Virus record (IMG/VR): IMGVR_UViG_3300046707_000080
Location: 1-54,134 of that record
Reading direction: 5' to 3' (one strand)
Source: a virus
Lineage: Duplodnaviria; Caudoviricetes
Length of the DNA: 54,134 nt
Shown: positions 36,905 through 47,341 of the stretch, piece by piece
Layout: every line of letters begins with the position of its first letter
Position numbering within the stretch: position 1 is the stretch's first letter
Translations under genes and position numbers: made by a program
Notes under the pieces: generated by a model
What the model was told of the DNA's origin: nothing
The model's input: only the letters and a program-made list of their open reading frames with translations
The model's database searches: none

Positions 36905-37156
36905 ATGGACAGTATGATTCAGAAGATTGAATCGCACATTAAGACTTTGCAAGAAACGTTAGACAAACAAACGTCTAGGGTTAGTGAATTGGAGAGAGAG
37001 AGAAATATTGCTATTGCAGATATTCAAAAATTGAATGGTGCCATTGTTGCGTATCAGGATTCCGTTAATCTTATGAAAGGTTCTGTTTCAGAGCTAGACC
37101 TGAAAAAGGTTCCGCCAGTTGTTGAACCTGAAGTAGTAGAGGGTGAAATCGTCTAA
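36905..37156 (+). CDS. Small coiled-coil protein (possible fibre chaperone)
   Basis: AGGAG RBS; heptads; LNGAI motif. Confidence 0.55.
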   Translation: MDSMIQKIESHIKTLQETLDKQTSRVSELERERNIAIADIQKLNGAIVAYQDSVNLMKGSVSELDLKKVPPVVEPEVVEGEIV

Positions 37157-37879
37157 ATGGCAAGACCAACAGTTTATACATGGCCAGCAGCAGTAACTAC
37201 AGCCGTTTGTTTGGCACAAGGCAAACTTGCTGCGGGTAATCTTATTATCAATGGTACGTTAGCTGTAACGGCTAGTGCACCCGATGCAAATGCTGTTACT
37301 CCTTATGCTATTTGGCCCGGTATATCCAGAACGGTTAGTTTGACTACCGGTGGTGGCGCTAATTTAAGCGGTGTCAATTTTACGATTACTGGGACGTATA
37401 AAGGAGCTGCTCAAACTGAGACGCGTGTTGGTCCCAATAATAATACGGTTTACACAACCGCATTATTTGATACGGTTACTTCTGTTAGTATTGATGCAAC
37501 CTTAGGAGGCGGCAATACCGTTTCTGTTGGAAGTGGTACGACCGGTCAAACACAATGGTTCGAATATAATCATAACGCATCTGTTTGCGCGATGATGGTA
37601 GCCGTTATTGTCACTGGAACTATTAATTATACGTTTCAGGGAACGTTAGATCCTGTTGGTCCTCAATTTGCTACACCTAATACATTCCAACCAATCTATA
37701 CCATGATTAGCCAAACGGCGAGCGAAGCTTTGCCATTGGGTGTCTATGCGGTAAACGTTAGCGGTGGAACAGATAGTCCTATTTATGCACCCACCCCTGT
37801 TAAACATTGCAACGTTCTTATTAATTCAGCAACGAATGGAACATTGGTCGCAACCTTTTTACAGCAAGGAGTGACTTAA
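37157..37879 (+). CDS. Structural protein
   Basis: Thr/Gly/Val-rich beta-type; FTITGT...GPNN; in virion operon. Confidence 0.6.
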   Translation: MARPTVYTWPAAVTTAVCLAQGKLAAGNLIINGTLAVTASAPDANAVTPYAIWPGISRTVSLTTGGGANLSGVNFTITGTYKGAAQTETRVGPNNNTVYTTALFDTVTSVSIDATLGGGNTVSVGSGTTGQTQWFEYNHNASVCAMMVAVIVTGTINYTFQGTLDPVGPQFATPNTFQPIYTMISQTASEALPLGVYAVNVSGGTDSPIYAPTPVKHCNVLINSATNGTLVATFLQQGVT

Positions 37880-38122
37880 ATGACAAGCCGAGCTAAGAAA
37901 GAATACATGAAGGAATGTATGGCTGAAGGCGGAATGGCAGAGGGCGGAAAATGGATCCAAGGAGCCATTAAACATCCCGGAGCCCTTCATCGTAAACTAC
38001 ATGTTCCTAAAGGTGAAAAGATTCCTGCTAAGAAACTTGCAAAAGCCACGCATTCTAAGAATAAAACCTTACGTAAAGAAGCGATATTGGCTCGCACATT
38101 AAAACGTCTACATCATGGATAG
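37880..38122 (+). CDS. Small basic protein with MAEGG MAEGG leader
   Basis: KWIQGAIKHPGAL...KIPAKKL...LARTLK. Confidence 0.65.
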   Translation: MTSRAKKEYMKECMAEGGMAEGGKWIQGAIKHPGALHRKLHVPKGEKIPAKKLAKATHSKNKTLRKEAILARTLKRLHHG

Positions 38123-38138
38123 AGAAGGATGAGTAAAA

Positions 38139-39194
38139 GTGACTACATCTGGTACCTATGCATTCTCCTCACCACAAAGTGTTGAGTTAATCGAAGACGC
38201 TTTTGAGCGTATAGGTATTCCTAGTTCTCTTCTTGAAGGCCAAAAGATAAATGCAGCTAAGCGATCGCTTAATTTCATATTAAGTGATTTAGTCAATAAA
38301 GGCTTAAACCTCTGGACTGTTCAACAGTTCATGTTAAACCTAGTCCCTAATCAAGCCTCTTATACGATGCCACCTAATACGATTCGTGTATTAGAAGCAA
38401 CCATCAGACAATCTCAACGCAATCTTGGCGGTACTCCATTTACCTCTGCGGGGGGTAATGCGGCTAATGCTTTTGATAATAATCCAGCGACGGCTTGCAC
38501 TCAAACGGCCCCTAATGGATATATCAGTTATAACTGGAATACCGCTTCTTATACGATTGCGCTCGTGGGTGTTCAATCTAATGCGACATTAACGTATACG
38601 CTGGTATTTGAATACTCTAATGACAATGTGAATTGGTTCCAAGTGGGTTCTGCTCCGGCTCAAACCTATACGGTTGGTCTTATTACGTGGTTTGTTGTAA
38701 CAACACCCACTAACGGAGCGTTATTTAGAGTTCGTGAGACGGGTGGGTCGACGTTGAATGTTCAGGAGCTTTTTTTTAATACAGCTCTCACTGATTGGAT
38801 TATCACTCCATTGTCTCGTTCTGAATATGTGTCTTTGCAGTATAAGAATCAGACGGGGCGTCCTACGAGCTTCTATTTAGATAGACAGATAGTGCCTATT
38901 TTGAACGTATGGCCTGTGCCAACCCCTCAATACAATAATTTGTATTTTACGGCGACTCAAGCGATTCAAGACATTGGGCAGTTGACGAATAATCCTCAGG
39001 TACCGGCCAGGTTCTTAGAATCTATTACTGCGATATTGGCATATAACTTAGCCGTAAAATATAGCTTGCCTATGGACAAGATTCAGATGTTAAAAGCATT
39101 AGCAGATCAAGTAATGAGTGCTGCTAGCAAGTCAGACATTGAGAAGGTACCGCTTAGAATTTACGGAAACTATCAAGGATGGTCTGACGTATGA
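38139..39194 (+). CDS. Head-tail adaptor-like protein with inserted discoidin-like domain
   Basis: IEDAFER, AKRSLN...NKGLNLWT, GRPTSFY, WPVP, LAYNLA; insert NAFDNN...LVFEYSND...FRVRE. Confidence 0.65.
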   Translation: MTTSGTYAFSSPQSVELIEDAFERIGIPSSLLEGQKINAAKRSLNFILSDLVNKGLNLWTVQQFMLNLVPNQASYTMPPNTIRVLEATIRQSQRNLGGTPFTSAGGNAANAFDNNPATACTQTAPNGYISYNWNTASYTIALVGVQSNATLTYTLVFEYSNDNVNWFQVGSAPAQTYTVGLITWFVVTTPTNGALFRVRETGGSTLNVQELFFNTALTDWIITPLSRSEYVSLQYKNQTGRPTSFYLDRQIVPILNVWPVPTPQYNNLYFTATQAIQDIGQLTNNPQVPARFLESITAILAYNLAVKYSLPMDKIQMLKALADQVMSAASKSDIEKVPLRIYGNYQGWSDV

Positions 39195-39604
39195 CGTGGC
39201 GTCCGCATGGCAAACATGTACAAATTGACCCGAGCTCTCCGAGAGGCCTTGGAATCTGTGATTACACAGGTTTTGTGCATATGCATAAGGATTTGGTACG
39301 TCAGATGGAATGGCGTGGAAACGCTTTGATTTGGACGGGACTTTATGTAGGGAAAGATTATGCAGATAAGCCTAATGAGCAGAATAGGCCGCCTATATTG
39401 CCACCAGACCCGGTTCCCTTCCTATTCCCTCGTCCTCAGCAGACAACCAATATTACTTGGAGTTCAGGTCTTGGATTGCCTTGGAATCAATTGAATGAAT
39501 ATACCTGGGGAACTTGGGGAACCATTATTGATGGTGCTCCGGCACCTAATGGAAACATAAGGCTTCAAAATTTGCAACAGACTAATTTTATGGGTACAAC
39601 ATGA
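39191..39604 (+). CDS. Conserved virion-module protein
   Basis: GICDYTGF...EW...GLYVG...D..NEQ...DP...PRP. Confidence 0.65.
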   Translation: MTWRPHGKHVQIDPSSPRGLGICDYTGFVHMHKDLVRQMEWRGNALIWTGLYVGKDYADKPNEQNRPPILPPDPVPFLFPRPQQTTNITWSSGLGLPWNQLNEYTWGTWGTIIDGAPAPNGNIRLQNLQQTNFMGTT

Positions 39605-39960
39605 CAAATTTAGTTCTTAAAGACCCAGAGCAAACCTTTGGGGACGTAATAACTCTTACCAATAATGGTCAAGGGCTAACTCCTGCTCTCTCTAATGTTC
39701 AAGACGGTCTTGGTAATAATAGCACCATGCAATTAGCAACGACTTCCGTGAACTTTAATCGATCCGGCGCTAATACTTTTCAATTAGATGGGACTGCTGT
39801 AACAGCCCCTGTCGTCAGTATTAATTCTATGTGCGCAACAGTACCGACATTATTACCTTTAACGGCAGACCCCGCAGGCGCAAACGGCATGATTTATTAC
39901 AACACAGCCACTAATCATATACGAGTTTACGTAAATGGTTCTTGGCAGACTTTACTATAG
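39601..39960 (+). CDS. Small structural protein
   Basis: VQDGLGN; NGMIYYNT...Y.NG.W fibre-type knob. Confidence 0.6.
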   Translation: MTNLVLKDPEQTFGDVITLTNNGQGLTPALSNVQDGLGNNSTMQLATTSVNFNRSGANTFQLDGTAVTAPVVSINSMCATVPTLLPLTADPAGANGMIYYNTATNHIRVYVNGSWQTLL

Positions 39961-39969
39961 GAAAATATT

Positions 39970-41907
39970 ATGGCAATTAATTTAATTTCTGGCGGAGTAG
40001 TTCCAACAGCCTTCCTTATCGGAGACTATGGTCAAGCGCCTGGTGGCTCTCCTGATTCAGTAGCCACCATAACGCAAGCAGGCGGAAAAGCCGTCTCTGC
40101 TGGATTAGAAATCCAATCAGTTCTTGGTGGATTGTTATTGCCTCGCATGACAACGACCCAACGTAATGCCTTAAATGCAACGAATGGGTTGATGGTTTAC
40201 AACACAACCAGCGATACCTTCGATGTCTATCAAGCAGCCGCTTGGACTCAAATTACTAATACATTTGATACCGCTCAGTTCATATTAGGTACTGCAAATG
40301 CGACATTCCCTAGCGCTCAAAGTTTAGGCGCTCTTACAACAGGGCTTTTAAAGAATACCGTATCCGTAAGCGTCGGTACATTAAGCAAAGCCGTTGCCGG
40401 AACGGATTATTATTCGCCCGGTAATCCCACAACAATCATTGATACAGGAAGCACCCCAACAACTGACAACCTCTTTGTTGGTACATCTTGCGGTAATATT
40501 TCTGCTACTGGAATTCAAAACACGGCCCTTGGTGTCAACTGCTTAACCGGAATCACTTCTGGAAATAATAACGTATGCATTGGATATCAAGCCGGAATTT
40601 CTATTCTTGGGGTCAGCAATAATGTTTTAATCGGAACGCAAGCGGGGAAAAATGTTGTTAGTCCTGCAAACGTATTAATTGGTTATCAATCTGGGGAATT
40701 AATAGCTAACATCGGTGGTGGAAACGTAGGCGTTGGATATCAATCATTGGTATTAGCAACGAGCGCTCTGGATACAGTCGCTATAGGAGGAAGCGCTGGC
40801 GCCCTTCAAACAACCTATACTAATTGCACATTTATCGGGGTTGGCACTGATGCTTCTGTGAACAATCTTACAAATGCGTCAGCCATTGGGGCTTTTGCGT
40901 CTGTCGCCATCAGTAACGCAATGGTGTTGGGGAATAATGTCAATGTGGGAATAGGAACCTCTTCGCCTTCAGAATTTTTACACGTTTCTGGTGGTAATAT
41001 TAGAATCGACAGCGCCAACTCCTTAAAGCTTTTTAATGCTGCGAGTACTTTTTTCTCTGCCCTTAAGAGCGCTAATGTTGGTTCAAACATTACCTGGACA
41101 TTACCATTAACAGATTCTGCGAATTATCTGAAATCAGATGGTGCGGGAACACTTTCTTTTGGAGCCATAACAACCTTAAGCACAGTAAGTGGCGTTGCTC
41201 CCTTCTCTGGTGTGATAGCAAACTATGCATCAACCTATACTACTGGAACAGCTAGCCAATCAACGACCACCATTACGGGATCTGGCACGACATTTACAGT
41301 CGCAATGGTAGGAGGCGTCATTGTATTTGCTAATGGCACTTATGGGTTCATTACTGCCTTCGGAACTACGACATCGCTTACGGTCGACAGTTCCCAAACT
41401 GAAGCGGGTCAGGCCTATACGATTTATTACAACGGTCTTATCTCTGACAATCTAGGAAATGCGGGTGCTAACAACTTGTACTTCAACGGAAATGGTATTG
41501 CCTCTTATGTTCCAGCACCGCTCAACTACTATGAGACAGCCGTATTAAGTGGTAACTGGACAGGGCCTGTCACTGTTGCTGGCAATGTGTATCTTACGAG
41601 AGTTGGAAACGTTGTCACTGCGAGAATTCAGAAGGTAAGCGGAACGAGCGGCAGCACTACCATGTGGACGTTTGGTGTTCTCGTTCCGGCAAGATTTTTG
41701 CCCACAACAAATGCGAATGGAGATTTATTCTTTCCCTATGTGGCTTCTTTGAATGCCGTTATATCAATATCGGTCATACGTCTTTACACTCAAACCGCAA
41801 CGATTGGAACGTTGATCGCAAGTTATGGGTCTAATGATCTTGGTAATTTTACTAGCGGCCAAGCATCGGTTATTGAAGAATCTGCGATTTCATGGGTGGT
41901 TCAATAA
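39970..41907 (+). CDS. Tail fibre / adhesin-like protein 1
   Basis: NxxIGxxAG beta-roll (YadA head-like) repeats, NVGIGTSSP, C-terminal LTRVGNVVT domain. Confidence 0.75.
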   Translation: MAINLISGGVVPTAFLIGDYGQAPGGSPDSVATITQAGGKAVSAGLEIQSVLGGLLLPRMTTTQRNALNATNGLMVYNTTSDTFDVYQAAAWTQITNTFDTAQFILGTANATFPSAQSLGALTTGLLKNTVSVSVGTLSKAVAGTDYYSPGNPTTIIDTGSTPTTDNLFVGTSCGNISATGIQNTALGVNCLTGITSGNNNVCIGYQAGISILGVSNNVLIGTQAGKNVVSPANVLIGYQSGELIANIGGGNVGVGYQSLVLATSALDTVAIGGSAGALQTTYTNCTFIGVGTDASVNNLTNASAIGAFASVAISNAMVLGNNVNVGIGTSSPSEFLHVSGGNIRIDSANSLKLFNAASTFFSALKSANVGSNITWTLPLTDSANYLKSDGAGTLSFGAITTLSTVSGVAPFSGVIANYASTYTTGTASQSTTTITGSGTTFTVAMVGGVIVFANGTYGFITAFGTTTSLTVDSSQTEAGQAYTIYYNGLISDNLGNAGANNLYFNGNGIASYVPAPLNYYETAVLSGNWTGPVTVAGNVYLTRVGNVVTARIQKVSGTSGSTTMWTFGVLVPARFLPTTNANGDLFFPYVASLNAVISISVIRLYTQTATIGTLIASYGSNDLGNFTSGQASVIEESAISWVVQ

Positions 41908-43868
41908 TGGCTATTAATTTAGTTTCATACGGAATAGAAAATACTGCGTTCTTAGTTGTTGACGCTGGTCAAGCACCGCGTGGTTCTCCAGATAGTCTTC
42001 CAACCCTAACGATTGTAGGCGGAAAACCTGTATCAGCCGCTTTAGAGATTCAATCAACGTTAGGCGGGCTATTGATTCCCAGAATGACAACGACTCAAAG
42101 AAATGCATTGAATGTCGTTAATGGGTTCATGATTTACAATAAATCAACCGATACATTTGATATCTATCAAGCGGGTTCTTGGAGTTCTATTAGTGATGCA
42201 GCGCTTGATACTTCTGCTCAGTTCATATTAGCAACCGCGAATGTCTTATTTACGAATGCTCAAAGTATTGGAGCGTTGACGACTGGTCTTCTTAAAAATA
42301 CGGTATCTTTATCTACCGGGACCTTATCGACCGCTGTCGCTGGAACGGACTATTATTCTCCTGGTAATCCGACTACGATTCTCGACGATCATACTAGGCA
42401 TAACTTATTCGTTGGAACGTCATGCGGTAATAGCTCGGAGTCTGGGAATCAGTGCGTTGGGCTTGGAATCAATACTTTAACCGGATTAACATCTGCTGTT
42501 TCAAACGTTGGCATTGGCTATCAGGCTGGTGTTTTTATACATGCCGCTAGTAATAATGTTTTGCTTGGTACTCAGACGGGAAATCAGAATGTAACATCCA
42601 CATCTGCAGATCATGTATTTATTGGATATCAAAGCGGAAAGCTCGCTGGTAGTTCTGCGCTTTTCAGCGTCGGCATAGGATATCAAACTTTTGTATCATC
42701 TACATTTCCAAATAGTTGTGTTGCGATAGGATGGAGCGCTGGCGCCCTCCAAACAAATTATCAACTCTGTACATTTGCCGGGACTGACGCAGATGCTTCA
42801 GCTTCTTCATTGACCCATACAACTGCTATCGGAAATGGCGCATCTGTTGCCATTAGTACTGCGTTAGTGTTAGGCAATGGCTCTATTAACGTAGGGATAG
42901 GTACGAGTTCGCCCGCGGAATATCTACACGTTTCTGGTGGTAATATCCTCATAGATCCAGCGGGCAATAACGGCATCGGTCTGAAATTATATAATGCTGG
43001 GAATACCAATTACTCTCAACTAATAAGCGCCGCTGTTGCATCCAATATTACCTGGACATTACCCATAGCAGATGCAGCGTTTGCATTACATTCTGATGGA
43101 TCTGGAACACTTAATTTCCAAACCCCAACATTAGGAACCATTACAGGACTTGCCGCATTCTCTGGCGAGATAGCAAATTATGGTTCTAATTATGCCGCTG
43201 GGAACGCAAGTCAATCTACAACGACTGTTACCGGCTCAGGTACGACATTCACAACAGCAATGGTAGGAGGTTTAATAGTATTCTCAAACGGCTCCTATGG
43301 ATTCATAACAGCCTTTGGAAGCACAACCTCATTAACCGTCGATACTTCTCAGACCGTTACCTTGCAATCCTATATCATTTATTACAATGGATTGATATCA
43401 GATAACCTTGGGAACGCGGGCGCTAATAATCTTTACTTCTCAGGTAATGGTATAGCGTCTTATGTTCCAGCACCATTGAATTATTATGAGACAGTTACTT
43501 TAACAGCGAGTTGGACCGGCCCTCGTACAGTAACAAATCAGACTATTTATTTAACTCGTATTGGTAATGTTGTGACAATGCGTATTTCGGTAGTCGATAA
43601 TATCGCCGCCAATGCGACTGCTCCCTGGGTTTTTGGTTCTGTTATACCCGCAAGATTTATACCAGCCAATCCGATTGGGGATTTGTATATGGTATATAAC
43701 TCTGTTTCTACCGGCTTCAATAGATTAAGCATTATGACGATAAATTTTGTTACAGGTCCTGTCGGAACGATTACCGCTTATACGGGGAATACGGGCCTTG
43801 CTAGTTTTCAGAGTGGCGATAACCCTATCAAGATAGATGAATATGGAATTTCATGGACGTTAGGATAA
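41892..43868 (+). CDS. Tail fibre / adhesin-like protein 2 (tandem paralogue)
   Basis: Collinear with 39970..41907 over its full length; likely start MAINLV at 41907. Confidence 0.75.
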   Translation: MGGSIMAINLVSYGIENTAFLVVDAGQAPRGSPDSLPTLTIVGGKPVSAALEIQSTLGGLLIPRMTTTQRNALNVVNGFMIYNKSTDTFDIYQAGSWSSISDAALDTSAQFILATANVLFTNAQSIGALTTGLLKNTVSLSTGTLSTAVAGTDYYSPGNPTTILDDHTRHNLFVGTSCGNSSESGNQCVGLGINTLTGLTSAVSNVGIGYQAGVFIHAASNNVLLGTQTGNQNVTSTSADHVFIGYQSGKLAGSSALFSVGIGYQTFVSSTFPNSCVAIGWSAGALQTNYQLCTFAGTDADASASSLTHTTAIGNGASVAISTALVLGNGSINVGIGTSSPAEYLHVSGGNILIDPAGNNGIGLKLYNAGNTNYSQLISAAVASNITWTLPIADAAFALHSDGSGTLNFQTPTLGTITGLAAFSGEIANYGSNYAAGNASQSTTTVTGSGTTFTTAMVGGLIVFSNGSYGFITAFGSTTSLTVDTSQTVTLQSYIIYYNGLISDNLGNAGANNLYFSGNGIASYVPAPLNYYETVTLTASWTGPRTVTNQTIYLTRIGNVVTMRISVVDNIAANATAPWVFGSVIPARFIPANPIGDLYMVYNSVSTGFNRLSIMTINFVTGPVGTITAYTGNTGLASFQSGDNPIKIDEYGISWTLG

Positions 43869-43872
43869 GTAT

Positions 43873-44517
43873 ATGGTAATGACATATAACTCGTTAGTTC
43901 AGCAGGTTCAAGATGAGCTTGATAGATACGATACGCTATTTGTATCCTACATTCCTAATTTGATTTATCAAGCAACAGACCGAATCAATGCCGATTTAAA
44001 AAATATTGGATTGGAACAATATGTCACCGGTACTTTTATTGCTAATGCTATTAACGGGGGTTCTGTTATTCCAAAGCCTGCTAGATGGAGAAGAACCATA
44101 ACTTTTAATTATGGAACAGGTGTTGGAAATAATGTTGTCACTCCCATACTGCTTAGAACGTATGAGTTTTGTCGTAATTATTCACCGAATGCATCCGTAT
44201 CAGCCCCACCCCTTTATTATGCAGATTATGGGTTTTACAACTATTTAATTGTGCCAACACCAGACCAGGCTTATCCATTTGAATTGGCCTATTTAGAAGT
44301 CCCGGAGACTATCACAGCGAATGTTCAAACCAACTGGATTACGAACTATGCACCGAGTCTTTATTTGTATGCAGTGTTATTAGAGGCGGTTATTTATTTG
44401 AACTTTCCAGAGCGTATCCCTTCAATGCAAGCTGAATACGAGAAACGATTGGCTCCATTAGCGGCTCAAGACCAGGAAAGAAAGCTCGACCGCGAAACCA
44501 GTATAAGGGCGGATTAG
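43873..44517 (+). CDS. Tail adaptor (tubular protein A-like)
   Basis: MTYNSL...PxYYA...PTPD..Y..EL.Y...TNWI...AP..YLYA.L.EA. Confidence 0.7.
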   Translation: MVMTYNSLVQQVQDELDRYDTLFVSYIPNLIYQATDRINADLKNIGLEQYVTGTFIANAINGGSVIPKPARWRRTITFNYGTGVGNNVVTPILLRTYEFCRNYSPNASVSAPPLYYADYGFYNYLIVPTPDQAYPFELAYLEVPETITANVQTNWITNYAPSLYLYAVLLEAVIYLNFPERIPSMQAEYEKRLAPLAAQDQERKLDRETSIRAD

Positions 44518-44518
44518 T

Positions 44519-46054
44519 ATGTCGACTCCTCAAGATAAAGTCTTTGCTCTTCACTTCGCCCCTGGGATACAGAGGGATGGTACGGGATTTTCCAGTCAAT
44601 ATTGGACGGATGGACAATGGGTTCGGTTCTGGGCAGATGGTAGTGGGGTCCCAAAACCAAGGAAAATGGGAGGATATGCTCAGTTAACAACGATTGATAA
44701 TATTGCTCGTGGTAGCTATGTTCAGCCTAATCCGCCTAATTTTAATGTTTATATTGGTGACCAGGATGAGTTGTTTTATATCCCGATAGATCAGTTCGGA
44801 ACCGCCCTCGGTCCAGAAGTGGGCAGAACTCCTGCCTTATATATCCCTAATGTCAATAATGATTGGCAGTTTGATACCATGTATTCAACCATTAATAATT
44901 CCAGCATATTAGTAGCTTTTGCTGCCCCAAATCTCGCTTCTGTTGCAAGCAATGTGGATGCAGCAGTTTATTACGGAGATTCTCTTGCTAATACGCCTCT
45001 CATTCCAACCGGATTTAATGTATCAGGGGGTATAGTCGTATTGTCTCCATTTTTAGTGATGTATGGAAATGATGGGAATATTATAGTATCGAATCCTAAC
45101 GATCCAACCACTGAATTCTTCACCGCCAGAGTCACAAACTCTAAAATTGTCTTTGGATTGCCAGTTAGAGCCGGTAACTCAAGCCCCGCCGGTCTATTTT
45201 GGAGCTTAGATAGCCTTATCCGTATGACTTTCGTGGGGGGAACTGAGATATTCAATTTTGATACCGTAACCGCAGAAAGCTCTATTCTCTCTAGCAGAGG
45301 AATTATTGAATACGATAATGAATACTTTTGGGCAGGGATTGATCGATTCTTATTTTATAATGGTGTGGTTCAAGAATTACCCAATGATAAATCCTTAGAC
45401 TTTTTCTTTGCAAATGTGAATTATGCACAACGTCAAAAAGTATGGGCAACAAAAGTAACGAGCGCTGGTGAGATTTGGTGGTTTTTCCCAACCGGTAATA
45501 ACGTAGAGTGCAATCATGCGGTTATCTATAATAGACGTCTTAAGTGTTGGTATGACACAGCGATTAATAGAAGTGATGGTTATTTTGACCAAACCTTTGC
45601 AAGTCCTATCTGGACCGATAATGTGGCATCAGGGGGTGAATATCCTGTTTGGATCCACGAAACCGGTGTAGACCAAAACGTCGGAAACGTCCTAACCGCC
45701 ATCGATTCCTTCATTCAAAGCGGAGATATCGCCTATTGCGCTAATGGCCCCGGCGGTCAACGCATCGGCCTTGATAGATGGGTCTATCTGACCCGAGTCG
45801 AACCCGACTTCCTCCAAGATGAGAACTTAACTTTAACAGTGACAGGCCGAGATTATGCAATCTCAAATCCCGCTGTTTCTACTCAGAATCCCTATGTAAT
45901 TACACCTACAACAGTCAAGGTAGATATGAGAGAGCAGGCTCGAGAGATGAGGCTTAAGTTTGAGAGTAATGCCATTGGTGGCGATTACTTTATGGGACAA
46001 GTGCTTTTGGTAGCAAGGATTGGGGATGGTAGACAAAGTGGTACAAGTCCTTAG
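44519..46054 (+). CDS. Tail nozzle (tubular protein B / P22 gp10-like)
   Basis: PGIQRDGT, WVRF, KMGGY, EIWWFFP, RVEPDF; beta-propeller-like composition. Confidence 0.72.
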   Translation: MSTPQDKVFALHFAPGIQRDGTGFSSQYWTDGQWVRFWADGSGVPKPRKMGGYAQLTTIDNIARGSYVQPNPPNFNVYIGDQDELFYIPIDQFGTALGPEVGRTPALYIPNVNNDWQFDTMYSTINNSSILVAFAAPNLASVASNVDAAVYYGDSLANTPLIPTGFNVSGGIVVLSPFLVMYGNDGNIIVSNPNDPTTEFFTARVTNSKIVFGLPVRAGNSSPAGLFWSLDSLIRMTFVGGTEIFNFDTVTAESSILSSRGIIEYDNEYFWAGIDRFLFYNGVVQELPNDKSLDFFFANVNYAQRQKVWATKVTSAGEIWWFFPTGNNVECNHAVIYNRRLKCWYDTAINRSDGYFDQTFASPIWTDNVASGGEYPVWIHETGVDQNVGNVLTAIDSFIQSGDIAYCANGPGGQRIGLDRWVYLTRVEPDFLQDENLTLTVTGRDYAISNPAVSTQNPYVITPTTVKVDMREQAREMRLKFESNAIGGDYFMGQVLLVARIGDGRQSGTSP

Positions 46055-46055
46055 C

Positions 46056-46080
46056 AACTGCCGAGGATTACTCGGCAGTT
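46056..46080. repeat. Perfect 10-bp inverted repeat
   Basis: AACTGCCGAG-GATTA-CTCGGCAGTT. Confidence 0.75.
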
Positions 46081-46096
46081 CAATTGGTGTACATCA

Positions 46097-46324
46097 ATGG
46101 TAATTCCATTAGATATTCCACTACAAAAATGGGCTGATTCGTTAGTCATAGATTTTCCTAACGATAACATACCATTGCTGTATAATGAATCGAATTGGAG
46201 AACGTGGGGGAATTTTTTAGTAGAGGAAAACAGTTTTTTATCGAATTACGCGCCGTCGACTAAGAGCTTTCGGGATTGGAAGCAATGGGCGATGGCGGTC
46301 TTCTTAACAATGGCGAACTTTTAA
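46097..46324 (+). CDS. Small Trp-rich virion-module protein
   Basis: WAD...NWRTWG...P....F.DWKQWA. Confidence 0.6.
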   Translation: MVIPLDIPLQKWADSLVIDFPNDNIPLLYNESNWRTWGNFLVEENSFLSNYAPSTKSFRDWKQWAMAVFLTMANF

Positions 46325-46336
46325 AAGGAACTTAAT

Positions 46337-47332
46337 ATGTCATGGTTATCTGATATTTTCAGTCCAATCGGCGACGCACTATCTACTGTTGGTAACGGCA
46401 TTTGGTCCGGCATTAAAGATGTTGGGCAGGCGTTTGCGCCTGCGATGGGCACTATAGGCGGTCTTGCGGGGACAGCTTTAGGCGGTCCAGCGGGAGGTAT
46501 GTTGGGAGGGTCCCTCGGCAACATGGTCGGAGGCCTCTTCGGTGGTGGAGGAGGAGGTGGCGGCGGAGGACAGCAGCAACAACAACAACAAAGTATGCCC
46601 CAGTTTGGTCAGCAAATGGGTGGTGGCTTTGGTAATTGGATGCAAAACCAAATGAACCCCTATATGCAAGGAATGGGAGGAAATACACCTTTTAACCAAA
46701 TGGCACCTCAGTTTGGGCAGAACATGGGTCAACAATTTGGTAATTGGATGAACAATCAATTATCACCTTACTTTGGCAATATGGATTTAGGGAATAGATT
46801 TGGTGGATATGGACAGCAAGCTGGAAATTGGTTTAACAATCAATTTGAAAATGCTCTTCCTCAGTCTATGCAAGGAATGGGATATTCCTCACCCAGTAGT
46901 GTATTTAGAGATGTAGGTGAAAGGGGTGGTCGATATATGGGTGGTGGCGAAGGCTATATACCTGTAGCACCACAAGCACCTCAAGCGCCTGAATTCACGC
47001 AAGGTGGCTATTATGGGATTCCACAAGCTCCGCAAGCACCAGAAGCTCCCAACTTCCCACGAGGTGGTTACTACGGTCGTTCTGGCCAATCAGATATGGG
47101 TCCTCCCCCTAGCTATGAACAAGCAGTGAATGATTATGCTAGACAATATGGTCGTTCTGGGCCTGCTGTTCCTAGAGCACCTGAAGCGCCACAAGCCCCT
47201 GAGTTTACGCGTGGGGGATATTACGGACGGGGTACTCCACAAACGGCTGATTTCTCAAGACGTGGTGGATATGCACGGGGTGGTCGGGTAGGAAGTAGTT
47301 TAAGTGATTATATGGGTATGAGTTATGCCTAA
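46337..47332 (+). CDS. Putative ejection (internal virion) protein, Gly/Gln-rich
   Basis: Gly-zipper membrane segment; three PQAPxFxxGGYYG units; YARGG near C-terminus. Confidence 0.65.
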   Translation: MSWLSDIFSPIGDALSTVGNGIWSGIKDVGQAFAPAMGTIGGLAGTALGGPAGGMLGGSLGNMVGGLFGGGGGGGGGGQQQQQQQSMPQFGQQMGGGFGNWMQNQMNPYMQGMGGNTPFNQMAPQFGQNMGQQFGNWMNNQLSPYFGNMDLGNRFGGYGQQAGNWFNNQFENALPQSMQGMGYSSPSSVFRDVGERGGRYMGGGEGYIPVAPQAPQAPEFTQGGYYGIPQAPQAPEAPNFPRGGYYGRSGQSDMGPPPSYEQAVNDYARQYGRSGPAVPRAPEAPQAPEFTRGGYYGRGTPQTADFSRRGGYARGGRVGSSLSDYMGMSYA

Positions 47333-47341
47333 GGGAATGAT

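Noticed and set aside
39970-43868. Diversity-generating retroelement or invertase-based fibre switching
   Set aside because: No reverse transcriptase or invertase gene seen; the paralogues are in direct orientation and differences are not adenine-specific
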